61,111 bases of DNA, taken from a virus. Its lineage: Duplodnaviria > Caudoviricetes. The notes beneath the pieces are model-generated. The model was given only the letters and a program-made list of their open reading frames with translations, searched no databases and was not told where the DNA came from. The position numbers and the translations under genes are program-made. The stretch lies in the IMG/VR virus record IMGVR_UViG_3300042444_000090, positions 1 to 61,111 of that record; one strand, given 5' to 3'. This document shows positions 45,201-53,239 of the stretch, piece after piece (within the stretch, counting starts at the first letter, position 1; every line of letters begins with the position of its first letter).

Positions 45201-48200
45201 CCTGCTTGCCTTTTACTGCAGGACTGATCTGCCCCTGCAAATCAATCATGGCTTCCAACGCTTCACGTGCCAGCAACTGAACTTCGGGAGTGAATCTTGC
45301 CCCGCTATTGTCTGAAATAACGTCCTGCGAGTCAGGAATATTAAGAAGACGCTTCATGGCAGACAGCTTCTTCGATAGGGTTTCAAACTTTGCTCTCTTA
45401 AATGCTAAGTTAGCCTTGTCAAAAATGACCTGAATGGCAGGAGTGGGAGCCTTTCCAAAAACTCGGCTCATGCTGTCAGCGGCCAAGTCTGCCGTAATTT
45501 CTTCACGCAGTTTGGCTGCTGCCTCTTTTTGATTGATTAGAACTTGGCCTGTTTGTGGATCTCTTAATACTTGTCCACTAACTGGATCGCGTTGCGCGAC
45601 AGAATTCAGGAAAAATTCAGGGTTTACGGCAGTTCCTGCGTATACATTCACGTAAAGATCGGCCAATTCTGATTCGGTCAGCCCCTCGCCAACTTCGGCA
45701 ATTACCTGACCATCGGCATTTTTGATCTGTTCCTTGAAAAGAATACGATATGGCTCAGCCATCAACTGCTGGTACTCAGGAATTTTGCTTAAATGGTGTC
45801 CCGCCTCATGCCTTAGCGCCGTCAAAGGATCTTGACCACTATTAATGCGGCGAATAACAGCATCTGTATTGATGACCATCGTCGGTTTGGCGTCATCCAT
45901 GACAATCTTAGGCCCACGAAACTGAGGAATGCCGCCAGAAATGACAGTGTCATCTATTGTTCCATCATAAAATCCATCCTGCTCTGCGTATGCATCAAGT
46001 TGAGCATCAGAAGCGTCAGGATATTTAGCGCGTAGATGGTCTTTAATTTGTTGGCTGCTCAACAAACGAATGCCCACGTTATTCTGACCACGAACAAATC
46101 CGCCGTTAGCCTGATTGTGAATTCCTGCGAGCGTTAGCAGATATTGCCTTCCAAATTCATTGCGCGTTTGGACGTTTGCTCGTTTCATGCGCTCCAGCGC
46201 ACGTTGGTTATTCGCCAAATTTTTCTGTGCCACCTCCGCAAGCTGAGGATTATTGCTTGCAGCAGCAGCTTGAGCAGCTTGAGCGGCACGATCAACGCGC
46301 TGTTGCTGGTTGTTGATGACAACTTGCCAATCTGTCATGGCATCCACATTGCCTCGGTCAGTGGGATTAAGATCTTGGTAAGCCTTCCAAGCGTCTGAAT
46401 CTTCTTTGCGCCTGCGCCGTGCATCGTAAACGGGATCATCCATCCCGAAAACCTTGTTCATCAGGCGCGTTTGTGTGCGACCTAAGCTAGACCACAGCAA
46501 ACCCTGACCCAACATCGCGGCCATTTCTTCAGAATCTTGAGAGTCCGCAATGCCAACGGCCAATCCAACGAGAGTCGGCTCAACGCCTGCACGAATATAC
46601 TCTCTGGTATTGTCAATAATGCTGTCTAAGCGCTTGCCACCAGAAGCTGTTAGCCTGTCGCTCAAGCCGCCCTTAATCGGCGTTGCTTTAATCGGCTCTC
46701 CGCCTTCTGCCCTAGGAGCACCTTTGCCTGCCTGACGGTCACGGCGGAGCTTAGACATCGTTTCAAATGTTCCAGCCTGACCTCCAGCGGATAGGCGCTT
46801 CGCCTCATAGTAGTTTCGGATGAATTCAGGGGTAGATTTAAGCATCCTCGCTCCGATCAATCCCCCGATAACTCCCAAAGGTGAATCAGGCTCTAGGCCA
46901 TAGCCAATGCCAGCGCCAGCCACATATGGTGAAACTTGACGAACCTTCTTAAAGAAGTTGCTTCTATCAATGGCCTCTTGCGCCCGTTTAAGAGATTCGT
47001 CTACCGCAACAGCAGTTTTTTCTCTTTTCGTTACACGTTGAGACTTGTCGAATGTTGCCGCCTGTTTTGAGCGCAGCTTTTGGGCATCTTCGGCCAAAAT
47101 CCGATTCACTTCATCGGGGGTTTTCCCACGGAATCTCAGGTAGCTCGCAACCTTGGGTGTCGCATATGACCCCAATTTGAGCAAATTCATGCCGTAGCCA
47201 ACCGCATCCAATCCGAATCCCTCTGGCAGAAGGATCTCGCCAGCGGTCATAATGTCCTGATCCATCTCAGGAATCAGTTTTTTGGCTTCCGCGATGGCTT
47301 CAAGACCTCCAACCGTCATGGCCTCTAAGTCGCCTTCACGCGCAGTAATGGCTTGCTCGCGGGTATATCCATAATCCCGCATATAGTCTTCGACAGTTCC
47401 AATACTAGACGTAGCAACAGCATTCACTGCAGGCGCAATAAAGTCCAAATACCTGTGGTAAGCCGTTGGATTGAGCGATTCAAACTCGTATGCCGCCCCT
47501 TCATAGTTCTTGCGAGCTTTCCAGCGCTCAAAACTTGTATCGTAGCTGTTTAGGCCAACGCTTTCGCTCAAAAGATCCCATCCCTCAACCCCGCCAGCAC
47601 CCATTTTCTGACCAAGTTTGGCAAGTTGGTAGGGAAGGTCTACGGCAGGAGAAACAAAGGCCATAGGCGCTGCTTTAGCCCTGTCGGTGACATCCTGCTG
47701 CGTTTTAAGGATCTCTTGCTGCTGCTCAGGAGTGTATTCCTGCAAAACTAGATCAAGATACTCTTTGCCAGTAAATTCAACGCCACCACCCGTGTATCCC
47801 GCTTGAGGATAATACTCGCCAATGCGCTCGTTTACGCGCTCCCGTGCGCGGACAGGAAGCTGAGAGTGAAGCTGCCATGCAAGATTGTAGTCCTTGCCAG
47901 TAATCTCGCCCAAAGCGACATCTCTGACGCCTTTTGCAACGCCTTTTCCAACGCCAACAAGCGTTTCCCCAAACATGACTGCCATGTCGATTGGGAATTT
48001 GCCAACAGCGCCCCCAAGATTTAGCCACTCCTGAGAGTTTTTAGGGATGCGCCAAGCGCTATTTGAGCGAATATAGTCATATACCTCGCGCTCTTGCTTG
48101 GCGTTTAGAGGCATATCGGGACGCAATTTGACAGCTTCTGCCAGTTCTTCAGTGCTTAAAGAGTCCCGCAGATCCATCAAGTTGGCGTCCATTTCAGAGC

Positions 48201-48657
48201 CAGCCTGATCAGCGGAAAGTCTTAGAAAAATATCTAGCGGTTTGGTTGAAACTTCTTCTTTCGGCTCTTCTGCCTTTGGCTGCGTAATGATTTCAGGAGC
48301 CTTAGTTGGCTCTTCCTGCTTGAACGGAAGCATCCACGCCTTCCAATCTTTGGCAGGAGCGCTGATCTCAGCGCCTCGCGTCATTTGCTCAATCGTAACG
48401 GGCTTCCCTGCCTCTACTTTAGGAGGTTCTGGATTAGGAGGAAGCTGAGGGGCGGGTTCTGCTTTGGCTGCTTCGGTCAAAGGCTCAGGAACAGCACCTT
48501 TTTCGGCTACAACAGGAGGAAGCGCCATGCGCTCACGCTCAACAACATCTTCAGCCTCTGCCAGAATTTGATCAGCGGGTGTAAGAGGGGGTTTTTGACC
48601 CTCTTCTGCATCTAGCGCCTCTTGCGCTTCCCGCAGGATGTCTTCAGCAGTAGCCAT
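36229..48657 (-). CDS. Giant (4142 aa) polyvalent internal virion / ejection protein
   Basis: Last gene of the internal-protein cluster; HEAGH zincin motif; duplicated ExQSD domain; six FMPxR-like motifs. Confidence 0.8.
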   Translation of the reverse strand: MATAEDILREAQEALDAEEGQKPPLTPADQILAEAEDVVERERMALPPVVAEKGAVPEPLTEAAKAEPAPQLPPNPEPPKVEAGKPVTIEQMTRGAEISAPAKDWKAWMLPFKQEEPTKAPEIITQPKAEEPKEEVSTKPLDIFLRLSADQAGSEMDANLMDLRDSLSTEELAEAVKLRPDMPLNAKQEREVYDYIRSNSAWRIPKNSQEWLNLGGAVGKFPIDMAVMFGETLVGVGKGVAKGVRDVALGEITGKDYNLAWQLHSQLPVRARERVNERIGEYYPQAGYTGGGVEFTGKEYLDLVLQEYTPEQQQEILKTQQDVTDRAKAAPMAFVSPAVDLPYQLAKLGQKMGAGGVEGWDLLSESVGLNSYDTSFERWKARKNYEGAAYEFESLNPTAYHRYLDFIAPAVNAVATSSIGTVEDYMRDYGYTREQAITAREGDLEAMTVGGLEAIAEAKKLIPEMDQDIMTAGEILLPEGFGLDAVGYGMNLLKLGSYATPKVASYLRFRGKTPDEVNRILAEDAQKLRSKQAATFDKSQRVTKREKTAVAVDESLKRAQEAIDRSNFFKKVRQVSPYVAGAGIGYGLEPDSPLGVIGGLIGARMLKSTPEFIRNYYEAKRLSAGGQAGTFETMSKLRRDRQAGKGAPRAEGGEPIKATPIKGGLSDRLTASGGKRLDSIIDNTREYIRAGVEPTLVGLAVGIADSQDSEEMAAMLGQGLLWSSLGRTQTRLMNKVFGMDDPVYDARRRRKEDSDAWKAYQDLNPTDRGNVDAMTDWQVVINNQQQRVDRAAQAAQAAAASNNPQLAEVAQKNLANNQRALERMKRANVQTRNEFGRQYLLTLAGIHNQANGGFVRGQNNVGIRLLSSQQIKDHLRAKYPDASDAQLDAYAEQDGFYDGTIDDTVISGGIPQFRGPKIVMDDAKPTMVINTDAVIRRINSGQDPLTALRHEAGHHLSKIPEYQQLMAEPYRILFKEQIKNADGQVIAEVGEGLTESELADLYVNVYAGTAVNPEFFLNSVAQRDPVSGQVLRDPQTGQVLINQKEAAAKLREEITADLAADSMSRVFGKAPTPAIQVIFDKANLAFKRAKFETLSKKLSAMKRLLNIPDSQDVISDNSGARFTPEVQLLAREALEAMIDLQGQISPAVKGKQAPRITRSELVKNKALLETFGTYSPLPVTEVQAQIIGPDGKAIGAPQALSGTMVYEGSWDITDAGVQQSNGYGPLSAEVNIQGIPVGSKIIVARQIAMQPDGVTPKFHQPKEAKRILKQRNKIIQEALDTPDYGAPNRFDPTKEGGDTYRGTLSPLQVEAIKSLPETILPKSIKDVILNINDSLVRNDGSRYLINYAAMMNEKGEYEAFSPKYYDLVPIGLMMSKAGNFLFTAISVGRMFDKLHAWGDRMPARLMPWKGSKEQFWNEFTQSYLNNWQQGLPGSGYTESGQIAGPNAKPLDADPQVAAMKRNVFNDFLNLFDTSTEGANPDRTKVPRRKGDPRDLNMDRTIMSVRIDHIAQIAPTSLPKMPVAYGLAKANFMPQRDGGIRQPETLPKEGFRMTSEQRERLRILEDEERSLGDQFAEAYGQDYTSELQSLRDLREAAAFMPMRPRREMTIDERVYPGFNSRLEGALDEKIQGKSATIEQVKAIINNPQNGIKPSEIEWSKINEAIDTLSNDGKNVNKADLMEYLRQNNVKFMLSVLGGQDSGERAISWKNMAPAGKRLASKLETLFSQYLNLDQEARNRIPDLVGNYTVNQDPATGSWGIYDEAGNIWSPSPAVARFPYYLSEQEAQSALKRARIRQPSGFIKTEVLGELADQGFNLDKYALLKAIQGIDDFGVEEAERWSRLTAEAADERAQQIQSKRDQIADKDWQRINDEYMAEREAASRELEAAKDKDLATAKAMRKLDEAVRKRDLAMDESEINLLELDQQIASEEKRSQAYWRINGMVKDPTQRIYNVNELGLKQYWPQAIGGYRDRPTTQYGEYRILGDTNYREKILQVRPKLEVVKYTVRKRPKDALSGAGKYEVVFEQGDRVFPNTDAPVGAYYDTKAMAEKVARNLSREQALDFQISNRGRAEGLEFTETHYESYPYYIAHMRVGDRMIVDPTLRTIPQIESALKTIYTPDPEFAEWDAKSGIPLHVVAEAVKNDIINRQEADFYLTYKGWDFRSPDVAMRAYGGTGFSHLVPISHIHEMQSDRNQAARRKDGQGNPIGYRQYTNSYKVILNVDDGPDITLKQDFDRREDAEQYLDEYFGSYGTDPNMKRFLAGQSAKQSGTKLPMVGGVLDVSNLPEPTIKLRVEAGDPVPVNREAPPEAPFSQSREWGLALIKNQIVDAVKNEQKYVYWSGGKTQAKRWRDMAPLEKVEYKGIDDSGQVQVLLYPSSGVYAYLTVDPNSKEVIFAEMSPGMGSYDFQGKALDKIIPKSMADEILNNAKNGISNTIKPKRGSTFFGGLKFKPYYDEIAVNEVNKFLKKYGSKVFPFQIPKPQNMGRGDLVYVGMKDPKDPADPTMPDQAVAEYKTLEKAVGEAQKQENIDYIDADEGWIFPITPALVDAVNTNSLPTFMPRREMKEPTSERGFYSQLERTLNSKIQGKYVTPEQAKAMLGEYIVTETDENNKTSVIARVPADQKAIAEAAARSRATEGVKVRVNWNSPNKIREDEVLFSDAINVINKLATQGGGKVSKDLLMEHIKANRPELLIVDGGNRYNTGSLTLAGGDGYYEMVLTMTPRTNREGKPLKEFRSGHYKQIPGYLGHVRYKYRYDENGRLGIMIEEFQSDRAQKGRDYGWREEDPVKLIDTLSRWRLENIYVSLLGKQSREAGKKTIEQVQRDIESSPLMDTSDPYHELRMQADSMEAEAIKKAVKQMLEDTTETEAMDPYSGDLQKMTIGQMAANLVEDAVLKQEAEDGDFAGIPDMPFKRDWGTQLFKRVLEKAVSADEAIRREEFDAAVERANRYKDAYGYSSPEALQAIQAIPNKPVAANGIEWIGWTKGVTQVERYQDMMRQIIDGISYYQTGENKIDVFFYKGDPLYDQSGEPGEDVDVLQTPGMIGKAIVRKSDGVVIGGEGRINDILEEVRGEAAEGNRPAEVKLNEIVGKKMASQIIENATGNQQSITEADMTIGGEGMKGYYDIVQPSDIGKYMKPYGAKAVDTFLRVPEYGMQATDTRLRSEWNKTNKQFWVSRDDSMKPISPRFDTVEEALDFQKQLIEGIVPMWRVDLSPEAVARIEQEGQPQFMPQREPSSFVRFSGELNDKKGSWLARIRIVPGADGTGAFSPELYFEGDTAIDSKLLMPPPLKTFEQAQAELQAMFEKNNLPMAQFEEIQIPIVGTDRPKYKAGAWENTLRINGFESLIPSLEEQVDAEEMRQEATPAYFDTLPSSKRLLDDSLNTRWVINFANGTKAIEYGYNKEAIVSLMKSRYGEQQWIEWVDSIDRLTDENDPSAGPQPEFMPSRRYERDPDLPEDDVLLRKDRFEIDAMDLVNTPLGGGFSGGFDRSFHLTTIARRILDDFEPSTLQRIYKNFLEKLNRGEIPMPYAEERSAELTKSIELNKTAMSYMMDLFSDLAASLPDIVALDKKTDSRVDPFNVLKKNFPKGMERPIDDVLVDISNVMSAVHPPAGTFPEGYNPGYSANNDVLNAAEVLSDFVDIQPETMDLLYQRTMGKTQEQAERDEAKAIAEMLNPEFNDVTEMEGGGFISRQIEPPEEGEMPLMLPKRKNPPVADFTITKTGVVKLPKKVPARGFFYASLIDDTGTEILVKIDPTRVVNPVVKDLSDISGKRVGMVQADRHHTLGKDMGGPMHEFLKSNQETVMGPDGVLYKIVWGNLGLAPVNAMRNRLPYVDDGYHIVQIMADDAHRSNIAFGTDYIKEVDAFDKAGKLEPWVKDLAHVLLEIGNLRAQKIKAATRRGAKNRIRAAKGEKPIPAPENTPEEDAIIAFNRALTPIKNRVAKNDPKLMATAKKEALKVYNAHKNKAWFKRLLKLGSNKNFLQEFLGYSFTARGEATKSVSGIPDLPNVVNALQNSEDMINATTGQAVAVIQLSSNPEAFALYFGNNPKQEAAMTPAEKKMRDAFLKKPNFKIHPSYPWMMIGPANGNNFLIKTPTHLRKLFPKYEKQHKTLVANAKKGKAVSDNDVVGSMLKTPLPEIKIP

Positions 48658-48658
48658 G

Positions 48659-50425
48659 TTAGTCTACAGCAATAGCGGATTCCATTTCTGCTTCTAGAAC
48701 TTTCTTTTGCGCCAACAACTTTTTCAGTTCATCGAACTTTGCGTTGTATTCATCAGTTCCTTTGGTCAGTCCTGTCATTTCGACAACTTTTGCTCGTACT
48801 TGTGATTCAATATCCCCAAGCGGATCGGGGGTTTTCAGGTCAATTGCCACCATTTCTGGACGCGCTCCAGATTGTTCAGCAAGACGCTTATAAATGTTGG
48901 TAAGCTGATTCTGACCACGTTGTCTCTCCATAAAAAGAGACTTGCCCTGTTTGACAAAGTTTTTTCTCTGATCGGGGGCAAGCCTTCCGCCAGTAAGCAG
49001 TCGATTATATTCCGCTCTGATGCGGTCAGGAACGCCTGCCGCATTCTGAGCGTTTGCAAACTCTTGTTCTCGGACAACACTGCCGGGGTCTAGCAGCTTC
49101 ATAAAGCTGAAGATCATCGCAAGATCTCCCGCTCCCTCGCCACCAGACTCTGCCATACGCGAAGCACTTTTGATGTTAGCCCATGCATTTTGAACCACCA
49201 TGTAGTCCTTGGATGACGCAATAAACTCCTTACGCAGCTTTTGTTCCGCATCTGTATCAGCGCCAGCGGTAGTTGCAGGCTTTTCTGCTTCGGCTCTTGC
49301 CTTACCAACTTCAAGTCTGGCTTTTTCAAGGGCTAGGCGCTCAGCTTCCGTTTGCGGAGCTTTGGGCTTCGGCGGCATGACTTCAAAATAAGTTTCACCA
49401 GTTGGGTCATCCACCCTAGGAACAACTTCTGGACGCTCGTAATTCTCAGGCATTGGCATTTCTGCCACTCGTCGCGCCTGATCATAATTCGCGTACGCTC
49501 CCGGCTCAAATCCAGCGGGAAACTCCGTTGTTGGAGGAGCCATTTGGGCCAACGGCGCTCCCGCCGTGCTAGGAGTAAGATCACGAACCCCCTGCTGCAA
49601 TTCTTGCATTTGGCGAGCAGTTTCAGAGGGGATATAAGCGATATTAATCTGTCCAGCTAAGTCGGTAAGCGGCAGTCCCATTGCGCTTGCAGGAAGAGCC
49701 TGCGGTGCTCCGCCAGCTTGAGCAGCAGCAAATTGTGCAGCCTGCTCAGGGTTAATCCGCATCGCTCCAGCGGGAATAACATCGCTTCCTACTGGCAATA
49801 CGGGCGGAGGCGTCAGATTAAAAAGCGATCCCTCCCCTTGGACAGCAGGCAAATCCTCCTCGTCTTTTGTTGGAAGATCTGGCTCAACGGGAGGAATATC
49901 TCGTAGGTCTTCATTAAGATTTGGCTCAAGTGGGTCGGTTCCGTCGAAACTTTCTTCATCTTCAATGTCTCCGCCACCGCGATAAGGCGCTGTAGAGGGT
50001 TCGCCAATCATGCGGCGGGGGGGCTTTTTATTTGCCCCAACTTCCTGAAGGCGTTGTGCTGCAGATTCGCGCAAATACTGAATGCGTTTTTGCACGGCAT
50101 CTGAAGAACGGGCAGACTTAATCTGTTCAATATCTAGCGCCCTGCTGTGCTTTCTTTCTTCTGCAGCCACAGCCCGTTCTTGCTCAACATTGCTCATGTA
50201 AGCCTGCAATCCCGCTGCTCCAAGAGCCTGAAGAGCGCCATACGCAGCAGTAGCGGGAGCTTCTGGATTCTCGTCTCCAATCGCATATGCCCCTGCCACG
50301 TCTCTTGTAAAATCATTTTGAGTGACTACAGGTGTAAATGGAGAAAGACCCTCCAAAGCAGAAGTTATTTTTGACTGCTTAGGGGTAAATGAATATCCCG
50401 CTGTTTCTGACATTGGCGCTGCCAT
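48659..50425 (-). CDS. Internal virion / DNA transfer protein
   Basis: GDLAMIFSFMKLLDPGSVVREQEF motif typical of podovirus ejection proteins; coiled coils. Confidence 0.7.
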   Translation of the reverse strand: MAAPMSETAGYSFTPKQSKITSALEGLSPFTPVVTQNDFTRDVAGAYAIGDENPEAPATAAYGALQALGAAGLQAYMSNVEQERAVAAEERKHSRALDIEQIKSARSSDAVQKRIQYLRESAAQRLQEVGANKKPPRRMIGEPSTAPYRGGGDIEDEESFDGTDPLEPNLNEDLRDIPPVEPDLPTKDEEDLPAVQGEGSLFNLTPPPVLPVGSDVIPAGAMRINPEQAAQFAAAQAGGAPQALPASAMGLPLTDLAGQINIAYIPSETARQMQELQQGVRDLTPSTAGAPLAQMAPPTTEFPAGFEPGAYANYDQARRVAEMPMPENYERPEVVPRVDDPTGETYFEVMPPKPKAPQTEAERLALEKARLEVGKARAEAEKPATTAGADTDAEQKLRKEFIASSKDYMVVQNAWANIKSASRMAESGGEGAGDLAMIFSFMKLLDPGSVVREQEFANAQNAAGVPDRIRAEYNRLLTGGRLAPDQRKNFVKQGKSLFMERQRGQNQLTNIYKRLAEQSGARPEMVAIDLKTPDPLGDIESQVRAKVVEMTGLTKGTDEYNAKFDELKKLLAQKKVLEAEMESAIAVD

Positions 50426-50428
50426 ATT

Positions 50429-51160
50429 TTATCCTCCGCCGTAAGTTAGATTTTGAGATGAAATGTTGAACCGATTACTTCTGGCATTTCTTCCGCCAGA
50501 TTCTTGATTGATAGCTGCAGCAGCAACGGCAGGGGCGACATTGCTAGGAGCCATATAAGGAGTGGCCCCTGCAAGAGAACCCCCGCCTGCTCCTCCAACA
50601 TTAGAAAGAGCCTGAAGACGTGCCGCATTAATATCGAATCCCCCGCCCACGTTCCCCACCGATGTGTTCGCTAAAGCGTATTTCTGACCCGCAGCGGAAT
50701 CTGCGGCCACTTGTGCAGCATTCATTGCGCTCAATCGTCCACTTGCTCTTTGAATAGAAGCATTTTGCGCTGCTGTTGCCGATTGGTTTTCTGCAGCAAT
50801 TGCCGCATCTCGTTGACGCTTAGCTTCGGCCTCAGCAGCCGCTTTTTTTTCTGCATCAAGTTTTGCCTGAAGCGCTTTAATAGCTTTATCGTTTTCTGCC
50901 TGTTGTGCCGCTGATGTCCCTCCGACAACTGTTACGGTTGGACGCTGCGGATTTACAATACTATTAACCGCTCTTCCAACGCCCCCAAATGCATTGCCAA
51001 CTGCTCTTCCTGCAGAACTAACCGCTCCTGTAACGCCTCTCCAAGCGTTACTAATTGCGCGGCCAAGACTCCATCCACCTAAAAGCAAAAGCCATTCGGG
51101 ACGTTCTGGAGAAAACGCAAGACAAACAGTATTGATGATAAAATCAACAATGCCGTGCAT
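50429..51160 (-). CDS. Ala/Gly-rich internal virion protein, paralog 3
   Basis: GGGFDINAARLQALSNVG; C-terminal NRFNISSQNLTYGGG. Confidence 0.65.
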   Translation of the reverse strand: MHGIVDFIINTVCLAFSPERPEWLLLLGGWSLGRAISNAWRGVTGAVSSAGRAVGNAFGGVGRAVNSIVNPQRPTVTVVGGTSAAQQAENDKAIKALQAKLDAEKKAAAEAEAKRQRDAAIAAENQSATAAQNASIQRASGRLSAMNAAQVAADSAAGQKYALANTSVGNVGGGFDINAARLQALSNVGGAGGGSLAGATPYMAPSNVAPAVAAAAINQESGGRNARSNRFNISSQNLTYGGG

Positions 51161-51161
51161 A

Positions 51162-51707
51162 TTATGCTCCTCCGAATGTCAGATTTTGTGCTTGCGGCAA
51201 TCCGAAACGATTTTGCGGAGCATTTGTTCCGCCTGCTTGTGCATTGGCGGCAATCAGACCCTGAGGAACTCCCATCGGAACAGCGCCACCTGAAGCTGCA
51301 GGGCCAGACGCATATGGCAACGCAGCCGCAGCGCCTGCACCAGCAACATTGCCAAGAGCCTGCATTTTAGCGGCGTTGATATCGAATCCTCCGCCGCCAC
51401 CCAATCCAGATGTCGCCATACTTTGACGTTGTGCCGCTTGCGTGTCTTGCAATTGTTGTGAAGCCTGCAGTCCGCTCAGTGAGCGTTGTGCCTGTTGAAC
51501 AGAAGTAAGCTGTTGGCCTCGCGCCTGATCATCCTCGGCTTGAATTTTGATTTGCCGTTGACGCTCTGCTTCAGCTTTGGCAGCAGCAGCAGCCGCCGCT
51601 GCTTGTTGCGCCCTTAGCTGATTCATCATCTGCTCCATTCTGTTGTCTACTTGCGGCATACCAGTTACCGCTCTCGTTCCCCCGCCTCTTCGTCCCATGC
51701 CGCCCAT
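51162..51707 (-). CDS. Ala/Gln-rich internal virion protein, paralog 2
   Basis: GGGFDINAAKMQALGNVA; NRFGLPQAQNLTFGGA. Confidence 0.65.
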   Translation of the reverse strand: MGGMGRRGGGTRAVTGMPQVDNRMEQMMNQLRAQQAAAAAAAAKAEAERQRQIKIQAEDDQARGQQLTSVQQAQRSLSGLQASQQLQDTQAAQRQSMATSGLGGGGGFDINAAKMQALGNVAGAGAAAALPYASGPAASGGAVPMGVPQGLIAANAQAGGTNAPQNRFGLPQAQNLTFGGA

Positions 51708-51708
51708 A

Positions 51709-52245
51709 TTATGCTCCTCCAAAGGTTAGTTTTTGTGCGTTTGGCAAGGTAAATACATTCGATTTTTGAGTGCTTCCACCAGTGCCAGTGTTAAGTGATT
51801 CGGCAGTAGTCAACGCTGGATTAATTAGCGCTGGATTTGCCGCGAGATTCGCAGCCGTCGAGGGGAGCGTAGTGGAAGCAGCACCCAAGTTAGCCAAAGC
51901 GGCATTCCTAGAAGCGTTGATATCAAATCCTCCGCCCGTTGCCGCCATTCCCGCAGCTTCTTGCTCTTGTTTATACCTGTTGAGCGCTGCTTGATCAGCC
52001 AAACCCTGTGTAGCTTGCATTCTGCTAAGTGTATCAGCAGCGCTCTGCGTCGATTGCTGCATCCTTTGTTCGGCGCTGCGATCTTCTGCGGCAATTGCAG
52101 CTTCCCGTTGTGCTTTTGCAGCAGCAGCAGCAGCTTCTTTAGCTGCAGCAATTTGCTGTTGCATCATTTGTTGCATCATAGCCGCTGAATTGTCAGCAGG
52201 CATTGAATAAGTGATGTTTCCACCACCTCCGAATAGTCCTCCCAT
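51709..52245 (-). CDS. Ala/Gln-rich internal virion protein, paralog 1
   Basis: GGGFDINASRNAALANLG; NVFTLPNAQKLTFGGA. Confidence 0.65.
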   Translation of the reverse strand: MGGLFGGGGNITYSMPADNSAAMMQQMMQQQIAAAKEAAAAAAKAQREAAIAAEDRSAEQRMQQSTQSAADTLSRMQATQGLADQAALNRYKQEQEAAGMAATGGGFDINASRNAALANLGAASTTLPSTAANLAANPALINPALTTAESLNTGTGGSTQKSNVFTLPNAQKLTFGGA

Positions 52246-52310
52246 AATTTTATCCTCCGTTTTGTTAGTTGTTATGCTTTCTTGAGGGTTCTCCCAAGAA
52301 AAATGTTAGG

Positions 52311-53225
52311 TTATGCCGTCATTTGTGTAAGCCCTGACATTGTTTGATCAAATCCTTTGCCAAAACCTGAGCTTCCTCCTGTTTTGGCTTTATAAATCGG
52401 CCCGTCAACTGCGCCATCAAGCCCTCCGAAAATCGATCCGAATAAAGCGCCATATGCAGACCCTGTAGGCCCACCAAAAGATCCGCCCGTCCATCCCTCA
52501 GATCCTCCAATGCTTATCCCCTTGAGCGTCCGATCTATCCAAGGGGTTCCTGTTTTTACTCCGCCAAGGCTTTTCAAGGCCATCGGAACAATTGCGCCCA
52601 TAGCGCCAGAAGCAATGTTCCCGCCCCCTCCGCCAAGACTTTTCATAGCCCCCGTCATTCCTCCGCCTGCAGCCGTTCCAGACGCAGCTTTTGCCGCTCC
52701 AGCGCCAGTGGCAACGTCTTTTCCTCCGCCTAACAGTCCACCAAGCCCTCCTGATCCACCTCCTGATCCACTCATCATTGACATTGCTGCAGGAATTGCC
52801 GCTGACAAGATGTCTGTTCCTGCCCCCATCGCGGCACTTCCAGCGGCCTCATTATTGTCTGCTGCCACTTGATAATTTTCGGGATTATCAGGAGAAAAAG
52901 TAAATCCGTTTTGCTCGCGCTCGCTCTGGCTTTGCATGGCATTCCATTGTGATGCAGCAGAAGATTGGCGCTGAGACGTGATTGCGCGGGAAAATCTATC
53001 CGTTGCGGATGTTCCAAGCGCTTCTTGTGCAAGCCGCATCAGAGCTTCTGACCGCTTATCTGCCTCAGGTTTCCCGTAAAACTGTCCTTCTGACATCAAA
53101 TTAGCAGCATAATTTTGACGCGCTGCTCTTTCAGATCCAGCAGAAGGCGCGGCCATACGGTTGGCTTTATAATCAGCCGCCGTTGGCAGGGTTGCCTTTT
53201 GAACCTGTTGATTTGATCCGCCCAT
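52311..53225 (-). CDS. Gly-rich internal virion (membrane-penetrating) protein
   Basis: MGG start; glycine-zipper-like C-terminal half. Confidence 0.6.
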   Translation of the reverse strand: MGGSNQQVQKATLPTAADYKANRMAAPSAGSERAARQNYAANLMSEGQFYGKPEADKRSEALMRLAQEALGTSATDRFSRAITSQRQSSAASQWNAMQSQSEREQNGFTFSPDNPENYQVAADNNEAAGSAAMGAGTDILSAAIPAAMSMMSGSGGGSGGLGGLLGGGKDVATGAGAAKAASGTAAGGGMTGAMKSLGGGGGNIASGAMGAIVPMALKSLGGVKTGTPWIDRTLKGISIGGSEGWTGGSFGGPTGSAYGALFGSIFGGLDGAVDGPIYKAKTGGSSGFGKGFDQTMSGLTQMTA

Positions 53226-53239
53226 AGTTTTATTTAGAA

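Noticed and set aside
36229-48657. Giant protein as an N4- or crAss-like virion RNA polymerase
   Set aside because: No DxDGD or T7-type polymerase motifs recognised, and early promoters look sigma70-type; a structure search would be needed to exclude it fully
50429-52245. C-terminal GG as a ubiquitin-like conjugation motif
   Set aside because: No beta-grasp fold or E1/E2 genes; the GG codons double as the next gene's SD
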